Shown one piece after another: positions 50,378 to 57,520 of a stretch of 64,000 bases of DNA. Position 1 is the stretch's first letter. Each line of letters opens with the position of its first letter. Location: assembly GCA_963783055.1 (NCBI GenBank), contig CAWAMB010000004.1:1251368-1315367 (forward strand), given 5' to 3'. A program made the translations under genes and the position numbers. Below the pieces are notes generated by a model. It searched no databases. It was not told where the DNA came from and worked only from the letters and a program-made list of their open reading frames with translations. Origin of the DNA: an uncultured Chloroflexia bacterium. Lineage in GTDB: Bacteria; Chloroflexota; Limnocylindria; Limnocylindrales; CSP1-4.

Positions 50378-50926
50378 TCAGCCCGTCGGCCAACGATCGC
50401 GAAACACCGTTTCGTCGCGCGGTAGGCGGGCCTCGCCGGGTCCGGACTTCGAGCGTCGTGCCCTCTCGGTCGGGTGGCCGAGCTGGATGATCGTTCGGAC
50501 CGTCCGGTCGTCCGGCAGTCCGAGGATCGCCGCCGCGGCAGGCCGGACGTCGTCGCGGATCCAGCTGATCCCGGCCCCGAGGTCGAGCATCCGCGCCGCG
50601 ATCAGGATCCGTTCGGCGACGCGACCGTCGTCGTACGCGTGCGAGATGGCCTCGTCCGGATCGGACGGCAGGACGATCGCGATCGCCGCGTTCGCGGTCG
50701 CGAGTCCGCGGGTCTGTGGCAGACCGGCTTGGTGGAGGGCACGGATCGTCGCGACATCCGTCAGGACGACGAAGCGCCACGGCTGCGTGTTCATGCTGCT
50801 ACCGGTCCAACGGGCCACGTCGGCCACCGCGTCCAGCGTGGCCGGATCGAGCGCCATCGGCTCGAACTCGCGAACCTGGCGCGTCCGGCGCAGGACGCCG
50901 AGGACGTCGTCGGGGTCGGCAGGCAT
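50378..50926 (-). CDS. nitroreductase family protein
   Basis: ORF 50378..51964 trimmed to MPADPDDVLGVLRRTRQVREF (start at 50926). AAGGAG lies upstream. NTQPWRFVV motif present. Confidence 0.8.
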   Translation of the reverse strand: MPADPDDVLGVLRRTRQVREFEPMALDPATLDAVADVARWTGSSMNTQPWRFVVLTDVATIRALHQAGLPQTRGLATANAAIAIVLPSDPDEAISHAYDDGRVAERILIAARMLDLGAGISWIRDDVRPAAAAILGLPDDRTVRTIIQLGHPTERARRSKSGPGEARLPRDETVFRDRWPTG

Positions 50927-51028
50927 GGCACTCCTTGTGAGTCGGCGAGATGGCGCCACCATCATCGGCGGAGCGGTCACTCCGCGCAGGGAGCAGCGTC
51001 GGCTACGATCGAGGTCCCCGGAGGTCTC

Positions 51029-51937
51029 GTGTTCTCGACGCTGCTCGGACCGCTCCCCGCCGCTCCCGATGCCGCCGCGCCCGAAGACGATGCGGCCGTT
51101 CAGCAGGGGCGTCTCGAGAATGCCGCGGCCCTCGAGGCCGCGGGCCTCGAGCTCGTCACCGACGGGATGACCCCGGCAAGCCCCGGCGCTGACCCGACGG
51201 AGCATGTCGCCCGCTGGACCGCCCTCGCGGCGGCCGGTGCCACGCCGGTGAAGCACGTCCTGAACGGGCCGTGGTCGTCCGCCCGGGCATCCGGCGCGAA
51301 CCCGGAGGCCGAGGCCGACCGCCTCCGGCCGACCATCCTCGCCCTCGCGGCCGCCGGCTGCCCGCTCGTCGAGATCGCCGAGCCAGACGCGTTGTCGATC
51401 GCGACCGATCCCGCCGACGCGCGGGCGTTCGCCGCCGCCCACCGCCGCCTGGTCGACGGGACTGAGGGAATCCACGCGTCGCTCGCCGTCACCGGCGGCA
51501 ATGTCGATGCCGCCGGAGCGAGCACGTTCTTCGACCTGGCCTATGCGAGCTACGCGTTCGACCTGATTGCCGGACCGGACAACTGGCGCCTGATCGTCGA
51601 GGCGCCCGCCGATCGCGGGATCGTGTGCGGGGCGATCGGGCTGGCAGCAGGAGCCGAAGCGACCCGCGAGGTCCTGATCTGGGCCGCGCACTACGCTGCG
51701 TCCACTCGAGGGCGCGGACTTGCCCGGGTGGGCCTCGCGAATGCACCGCTCGCGCCCGGCGCGTCGCCACCGTCTCGGGCGGAGGTCCTCAGGCGACTCG
51801 CGATCGTGGCCGAAGCGAGCCGGATCGCCTCGGTCGAATTGGGGGAAGAGATGGCCGGCCTGCTCGATCCGCGCGCCGTCGACCCGCGATCGGCGGCGAC
51901 CGGGCGATTCGCGCCCCAGCGCCGCCGGCGATCGTGA
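51029..51937 (+). CDS. MetE C-terminal/UROD-like TIM-barrel protein; function uncertain (zinc ligands not evident)
   Basis: GTG 51029 after GGAGG. Tail of ORF 50474..51937. Only loose resemblance (PLVEIAEPDAL; IHASLAV). Confidence 0.5.
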   Translation: MFSTLLGPLPAAPDAAAPEDDAAVQQGRLENAAALEAAGLELVTDGMTPASPGADPTEHVARWTALAAAGATPVKHVLNGPWSSARASGANPEAEADRLRPTILALAAAGCPLVEIAEPDALSIATDPADARAFAAAHRRLVDGTEGIHASLAVTGGNVDAAGASTFFDLAYASYAFDLIAGPDNWRLIVEAPADRGIVCGAIGLAAGAEATREVLIWAAHYAASTRGRGLARVGLANAPLAPGASPPSRAEVLRRLAIVAEASRIASVELGEEMAGLLDPRAVDPRSAATGRFAPQRRRRS

Positions 51938-52476
51938 CCGGGCAGGGGCCAACGGCTGGCTCAACGAAGGGGGGTCGATCCGCGATCTGGTCCGCCGTCT
52001 GGCGGGTCCTGTACCGCCTGATCCGCCTGCTCGACCCGCTCCTCCGGTCGTGGATGGCGAACGGGCTGCCGGGTCTCGACGGAGTGGTCGAAGTGCGGTC
52101 GATCGGCCGTCGGACGGGGCGCGAGCGGCGCGTGCTCGTGACCCTCCTCGGCTTCGCCGGCCATTGGTATGTCGGCCACCCGAACGGGCTCACGAGCTGG
52201 CAGCGCAATGCCGAGGCGGCAGGCTGGCTCGAGATCGAGCCGCCAGCGGCGCACGGATCGCGGTTCACCGTGGCCAGATTGGCGCCCGGTGCCGAGCGCG
52301 ACGCCGTCATCGCCGCCACGGGCGCCCAGCAGTTCTTCCCCGCCAATCTCATCTATCGGATCGCGCGGCGCCATGTCTCGGCCGTCGGCGTCTACCATCG
52401 GCTCGACCCGCTCGAGGCCCCGATCGAGCCTCACCTGGCCGTCCGATCCGAACCCAGCACCAGAGGAGCCCGATGA
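51934..52476 (+). CDS. deazaflavin(F420)-dependent nitroreductase-like / PNPOx-like split-barrel protein
   Basis: GTG 51934 (GTGA overlap). Sequence: VEVRSIGRRTGRERRVLVTLLGFAGHWYVGHPNGLTSWQRNAEAAG. Confidence 0.55.
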   Translation: MTGQGPTAGSTKGGRSAIWSAVWRVLYRLIRLLDPLLRSWMANGLPGLDGVVEVRSIGRRTGRERRVLVTLLGFAGHWYVGHPNGLTSWQRNAEAAGWLEIEPPAAHGSRFTVARLAPGAERDAVIAATGAQQFFPANLIYRIARRHVSAVGVYHRLDPLEAPIEPHLAVRSEPSTRGAR

Positions 52477-53729
52477 CCAGCAGCCGCTTCTGGCATGGCT
52501 TTGCCGACATGCACGTCGTCGCCGAGTCGAAGGTCGTGATCCGCTCGGCCGACGGCATCTGGCTCGAGGACACGGCCGGCAACCGCCTGCTCGACGCGAC
52601 GGCCGCCCTCTGGTGGTGCAACGTCGGCTACGGCCGGCGCGAGATCGCGGAGGCCGTCGGCGAGCAGCTCGCCCGCCTGCCGGCCTACTCGTCGTTCGGC
52701 GCCTACACCTCCGAGCCGACGCTGGCGCTCGCCGATCGCCTGGCCGCCCTCGCCCCGATCCCGAATGCCGTCGTCTTCCTCGGCTCTGGTGGCTCTGACG
52801 CGGTCGACACGGCCGCCAAGCTCGTCCGGCGCTATTGGGACGTGATCGGCCGCCCGGAGAAGCGAGTCATCGTCTCGCGCGAGTTCGGCTACCACGGGAT
52901 GCACGGCTGGGGCACGTCGCTCGTCGGGATCGGGCCGATGAAGACCGGCTACGGCGGGACGTTCATCGACGAGGTCGTGAACGTCGGCTCGATGGACGTC
53001 GAGACACTCGGCGCGCTGTTCGCCGAGCGTGGCAACGAGATCGCGGCGTTCATCGGCGAGCCCGTGATCGGCGCCGGCGGGGTCTATCCGCCGGAGGATC
53101 ACTACTGGCCCGAGATCAACCGGCTCTGTCGCGAGCACGACATCCTGCTGATCGCGGACGAGGTGATCACGGGCTTCGGCCGGACGGGCCACCTGTGGGG
53201 CAGCCAGCGCTACGGCATCGAGCCGGACCTCGTGACATTCGCCAAGGGCGTGTCGTCCGGCTACGTCCCGCTCGGCGGGGTGCTGGTCGGCGAGCGCGTG
53301 CGGGCGCCGTTCTGGGACGACGACGTGCCCGGTGCGGTGTTCCGCCACGGCTACACCTACTCCGGCCACGCCGGGGCAGCCGCGGCGGCGATGGCCAACC
53401 TCGACATCCTGGAAGGCGAGGGGCTCGTGGCCCGAGTGGCGGCCCTGGAGCCGGTCCTCGATCGTGAGGTCCGCCGGCTCGAGAGCGCGCCCGGCATCGG
53501 GGAGGTTCGAACCGTGGGCCTGACGGCGGCCGTGGCGTTCTCACCCGCCTTGCTCGCGGCGGACGCGGGCCTGCCGGAACGAGCGGTGACGGCCGCCCTC
53601 CGCCACGGCGTGGCAACCCGCGTGCTGCGCGGCCATGCGCTCCAGATCTCGCCGCCGTTCGTGATCACCGAGTCCGAGATCACCCAGATGGTCGACGGGA
53701 TCGGCGCCGCGCTGGACGACGTCGCGTAA
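52473..53729 (+). CDS. class III (omega) aminotransferase, PLP-dependent
   Basis: ATG 52473 (ATGA overlap). Motifs seen: GSGGSDAVDTA, YHG, LLIADEVITGFGRTG, TFAKGVSSGY (Lys). Confidence 0.9.
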   Translation: MTSSRFWHGFADMHVVAESKVVIRSADGIWLEDTAGNRLLDATAALWWCNVGYGRREIAEAVGEQLARLPAYSSFGAYTSEPTLALADRLAALAPIPNAVVFLGSGGSDAVDTAAKLVRRYWDVIGRPEKRVIVSREFGYHGMHGWGTSLVGIGPMKTGYGGTFIDEVVNVGSMDVETLGALFAERGNEIAAFIGEPVIGAGGVYPPEDHYWPEINRLCREHDILLIADEVITGFGRTGHLWGSQRYGIEPDLVTFAKGVSSGYVPLGGVLVGERVRAPFWDDDVPGAVFRHGYTYSGHAGAAAAAMANLDILEGEGLVARVAALEPVLDREVRRLESAPGIGEVRTVGLTAAVAFSPALLAADAGLPERAVTAALRHGVATRVLRGHALQISPPFVITESEITQMVDGIGAALDDVA

Positions 53730-53952
53730 CGCAGGCGCCGGCGACACGGCCTTCCGGGTCTACGTCGAACGGGTGACACCCGTCGGGCAGGTGCCCGACA
53801 CGGATCGGCTCTCGTCCTATATCGGGCGGACCCCGTGGCCCACACAGTGGGAGCACGCGCGGCGCAAGGGCCCCGACGCGGACACCTTCACGGCTTCGTC
53901 ACCGGGAAGGGGCAGCGGCGCCCATCGGGACCTAAGCCCACCAGGTGACACC

Positions 53953-54528
53953 GTGCACACGATCGCAACTCGTCGCGTCCTCGCGGGCGTCGGCGCAGCG
54001 TCCGTCCTTCTCGCCTCGATCTCCGGCCCGGCTCTCGCCGCGGACACGGTCACGCTCGCCATCACCGGCAGCGGCCTCACCGCAAGCGTGGCCGACGTGA
54101 CCCTGGCCAGTGCCGCCTACCAGAACGCCGCCCACAGCGTGACCGGATCGATGACCCTGACGGCCGATGACAGCACCGGCACAGGAGCTGGATGGAACGT
54201 CACGATCCAGTCCTCGAACTTCGTGTGGGTCGGGACCGCGAACGGCGGGATCGACATTCCCGCCGCGGGGTTCGCCCTGACATCCGCCGCGGCGCCGACG
54301 ATGGTGGCCGGGCAGGTCGTCAGCGTCGCCGCGGCCACCGGGCCGCAGGTCCCGCCGACGTCCCCGCTCGGGACGCTCGACACGCCGCGGAAGACGCTCT
54401 CGGCAACCGCCGCGTATGGCGCGGGCACGTACACCCAGGCCCTCGGTGTCACGCTGACGATCCCGGCCATGAGTCGTGTCGGCACCTACACCGGAACGCT
54501 GACCACGACGATCACCTCGGCTCCGTGA
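53953..54528 (+). CDS. WxL-domain-like secreted surface protein
   Basis: GTG 53953. Signal peptide RRVLAGVGAASVLLASISGPALA. GAGWNVTIQSSNF is present. The C-terminal GTYTGTLTTTITSAP sits where WxL proteins carry ...LTWTL..AP. Confidence 0.55.
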   Translation: MHTIATRRVLAGVGAASVLLASISGPALAADTVTLAITGSGLTASVADVTLASAAYQNAAHSVTGSMTLTADDSTGTGAGWNVTIQSSNFVWVGTANGGIDIPAAGFALTSAAAPTMVAGQVVSVAAATGPQVPPTSPLGTLDTPRKTLSATAAYGAGTYTQALGVTLTIPAMSRVGTYTGTLTTTITSAP

Positions 54529-55644
54529 CGATCGCCTCCGCGCGACCGGCCGCCGGAGCCGAGCGGGTCGGGCCGGCGCGCGGATCGAGCGGCGGGCAAC
54601 CCCGCCGGTCCTCGCGCCGCATGTTCATCGCCCTCGTCTGCGTGGCGGCGTGGTCGGTCCTGCCGGCCACGGCTCTGGCGCAGGACCTGGCCCAGGACGG
54701 CGAGATTCGGCTCGCCCTCACGCCGATCGGCCAGACCGGGTCGTGGTTCGACCTCACGATGCGACCCGGCGAGCGACAGCATCGTGCGGGTCGAGCTGGC
54801 GAACGTCGCCTCCAGCCCGCGAACCGTGCGGACCTACGCGGCCGACGTCTTCTCGATCATCAACGGCGGCTTCGGCGGCCGCCTGCGGGACGCGCCGCCA
54901 ACCGGCATGACGGAGTGGCTCGAGTACCAACCCGAGGTCCTCGATCTCGACGCCGGCGAACGCGTCCGCCGGTCCATCGCGATCGCCGTGCCAGCCGATG
55001 CCATCCCGGGCGAGCACATCACGAGCATCGTCCTCGAGAACGACGAGCCGATCCGCGGCAGCGGGCCGGTCGCGATCGACGAGGTGATCCGGCAGGCCGT
55101 GGCGGTCGTCGTCACCGTGCCCGGGCGGAGGCTCCCGGAGCTGACGATCGGGGCCGCCCGGCACCTGATCGTCGCCGATCGCTCGACGGTCTCGATCGCG
55201 ATCGCCAATCCGGGCAATGTCCGCCTCAAGCCGGTCGTCTCCTTCACCCTGTTCGATGCCGCGGGAGCCCGCGTCAGCCACGCGACCGTGCCGATGGACA
55301 CCGTCTACGCCTGGACCGACACATCGATCGAGGTGCCCCTAGCGTCTCTGCTCGAGCCGGGGATCTACACGATCCGGCTGTCGCTCGACGATGCCGACCA
55401 GGGCGCGCATGCCGACGCGGCGGCGATCGAGCTGGTCGTCGAGGCGCCGCCACCGGACGCGCTCGTCGGCGCCCCCGGGACCGGGCTCGCGCCGGTCGAC
55501 CAGGGCGGACCGGCCGTGCCGACAGATCTGGCGTGGCTGGCGACCGCGCTGGGCGGCGGCCTCGTCCTCGCCGGGCTCGCTGGGCTCGGTGCCGCCTACT
55601 TCGTCGGGCGCCGCCGGCGTGTCGGGATCGGGCTTCCCCGGTAA
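54525..55644 (+). CDS. DUF916/DUF3324-like cell-surface protein with C-terminal TM anchor; +1 frame break about 54765-54783
   Basis: GTG 54525 (GTGA overlap). The signal peptide and WFDLTMRP are in frame 3. The remainder is in frame 1 (IVRVELANVASSPRTVRTYAADVF...PGEHITSIVLEN...IAIANPGNVRLKP). TM GGGLVLAGLAGLGAAYFVGRRRR. Confidence 0.65.
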
Positions 55645-55677
55645 CGTCCCGTCCTGTGCCGACCCTGAGGAGCGACC

Positions 55678-55790
55678 GACTCACCAGTTGAGTCAGATCC
55701 GCCGCCAACACGCAGCGGTCGGAGTCAACTGCGCCCGAGCTGAGCGCGAAGTGCCGTCTTGTGACTCGACTGGCGAGTCGGCGCAAGTGC
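55678..55790. repeat. left copy of ~110-bp imperfect direct repeat (overlaps 3' end of the HTH-nuclease gene)
   Basis: Hand alignment to 56643-56754 gives about two-thirds identity. Shared core GTCAGATCCGCC. Hairpins GACTCA-N5-TGAGTC (55678-94) and GACTCG-N5-CGAGTC (55763-79). Confidence 0.5.
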
Positions 55791-56579
55791 CGTCGCCGCA
55801 TCGCCGTAGTCGCGGTACGGAAGGAGCGCTCGCCCGCCATCAACCCGCGGTCGTCGCAACCACGCGTCTCGGCGGCTGCGCGGATCGATCAGGACCACGG
55901 ACGGGTCAGGCTGAGGGAGCTCGGGATCGGCGATCCATCGCCCGAGTCGATCTGCACCACCCGGAAACGACTGCCTGACGAGATCGGCGCTGGCGGTCAG
56001 GCGTGTGTCGGCCTCCACGGTCGCGAGCAACGCGACGACTGGAACGATCCTCCGCGGCCGCCAGCCGAACTGGTCCGCCGCCGCCCGGCTCGAGCGGACG
56101 TACCAGCCGACCGTTCGCAGGAGTCGACCAGCGTCGTCGATCTGGGTCTTGACCTCGATCACCATCAACGCGGCGTCGGCCTGCCGCCAGGCCAGGATGT
56201 CGATCCAGCCGCGAACTCGGCCATCGCCGATCTCGACTTCCGTGCGAGTTGCCCAGCCGCGCCGCTCCAGCTGTCTGATGACGTACCCGCAACAACGGGC
56301 ATGGACGAGGTCGCGTTGCTCGCGTCGAGCACCGAGCCCGACCGGGTCGGCGTCGAGCGTGAGCCGGATTCCCAGATGGTCCAGGGCGACGGTCGCCAGG
56401 GCGACGTCGAGGTGTCGCTGACGTCCAGCTTCGAGCCGCTGGACCGCGGCCTGGTTCGTGCCGAGCCGGTCTGCCATCTCTCGTTCCGTCCAGCCGATCG
56501 CCTTCCGCGTGGCGCGGATCGACGCTCCGAGCCGTGCTCCGATCGTTGCCGGTGCGGGCTCGCGCTCAGGCCGTCCCAT
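55725..56579 (-). CDS. XRE-type HTH domain fused to a YraN/PD-(D/E)xK nuclease-like core (paralog of 14335..15156)
   Basis: 284-aa ORF. HTH: IRATRKAIGWTEREMADRLGTNQAAVQRLEAG. Core: GRVRGWIDILAWRQADAALMVIEVKTQI. Confidence 0.7.
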   Translation of the reverse strand: MGRPEREPAPATIGARLGASIRATRKAIGWTEREMADRLGTNQAAVQRLEAGRQRHLDVALATVALDHLGIRLTLDADPVGLGARREQRDLVHARCCGYVIRQLERRGWATRTEVEIGDGRVRGWIDILAWRQADAALMVIEVKTQIDDAGRLLRTVGWYVRSSRAAADQFGWRPRRIVPVVALLATVEADTRLTASADLVRQSFPGGADRLGRWIADPELPQPDPSVVLIDPRSRRDAWLRRPRVDGGRALLPYRDYGDAATALAPTRQSSHKTALRAQLGRS

Positions 56580-56642
56580 CGCGACTACTTAGCACGTGGG
56601 GCTGCACCGCCGATTAGCGCTCCGGGCTGAGCTGCGGGAGGC

Positions 56643-56754
56643 GACTCACGCGTCGGGTCAGATCCGCCACCGACGCGCACAGGTCGCGCCCAAATTGCGG
56701 TCGAGCCGAGCGTGACGCGATGCGCCCTGACTCGCCCCGTGAGTCGCGACGCGC
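56643..56754. repeat. right copy of ~110-bp imperfect direct repeat (upstream of the HTH-nuclease gene)
   Basis: See the left copy. Contains GTCAGATCCGCC (56657-68) and the hairpin GACTC-N7-GAGTC (56729-45). Confidence 0.5.
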
Positions 56755-56928
56755 GCGCCGCGCGCCCGCCCGCCTGGCCCGCGCGGCGCCCGGCCCGCAC
56801 CGTGCGCGACCGCCTTGCAGCCGACCCGTGAGCGGTTCACCATGGACGCATCCCGGACGCATCGACAGGGCACTCGCACCCCGTCGGCCTGACCGCCGAC
56901 ATCGGCTTCGCGGAAGGAGGCTCCACCC

Positions 56929-57432
56929 GTGGTCGAGCACATCTCGATCGTCGTCAATGGACAGCCGCGGGAGGGGGATGTCGAGCCGAGACGGATGCTC
57001 GTCCAGTTCCTCCGTGAGGACCTCGAGCTGACCGGCACCCATGTCGGCTGCGACACGAGCCAGTGCGGCGCGTGCACCGTGACGATCGACGGCAAGGCGG
57101 TCAAGAGCTGCACGATGCTTGCCGTCCAGGCCGACGGCGCCAACGTCAGGACGATCGAGGGGATGCAGGCCGCCGACGGCGCGCTCCACGCCCTCCAGGA
57201 GGGATTCTGGGCGAAGCACGGACTCCAGTGCGGGTTCTGCACGCCGGGCATGATCATGGCCGCCTCCGACCTCCTCGCCCGCAACGCCGACCCGACCGAC
57301 GACGAGATCCGGCACGCGATCGAAGGCAACATCTGCCGCTGCACGGGCTATCACAACATCGTCGCGGCGATTCGCGATGCGGCGTCCACGATGCGGGCCG
57401 GCGCGACTGCTCCGTCGACCGCCACCGCCTGA
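56929..57432 (+). CDS. coxS: [2Fe-2S]-binding small subunit of a molybdenum hydroxylase (CoxS-like)
   Basis: Motifs seen: [29 protein letters not shown]. Confidence 0.9.
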   Translation: MVEHISIVVNGQPREGDVEPRRMLVQFLREDLELTGTHVGCDTSQCGACTVTIDGKAVKSCTMLAVQADGANVRTIEGMQAADGALHALQEGFWAKHGLQCGFCTPGMIMAASDLLARNADPTDDEIRHAIEGNICRCTGYHNIVAAIRDAASTMRAGATAPSTATA

Positions 57433-57434
57433 CC

Positions 57435-57483
57435 GCCGAACCGGCACGAACGCCGAACCGGCACGAACCGCCGAACCGGCACG
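57435..57483. repeat. tandem repeat GCCGAACCGGCACG(AA) x3, period 17-18 bp, in the coxS-coxL spacer
   Basis: Read directly. Copies start at 57435, 57452 and 57470. Confidence 0.7.
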
Positions 57484-57520
57484 CTCCGCACGCACGCAGC
57501 GACGACGAAGGAGAGCAGCG

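Noticed and set aside
50927-51028. Possible SAM or B12 riboswitch upstream of the MetE-like gene
   Set aside because: Only about 100 nt are available and I could not recognise any SAM-I/SAM-IV or cobalamin-box features. The downstream protein also lacks the MetE zinc ligands.
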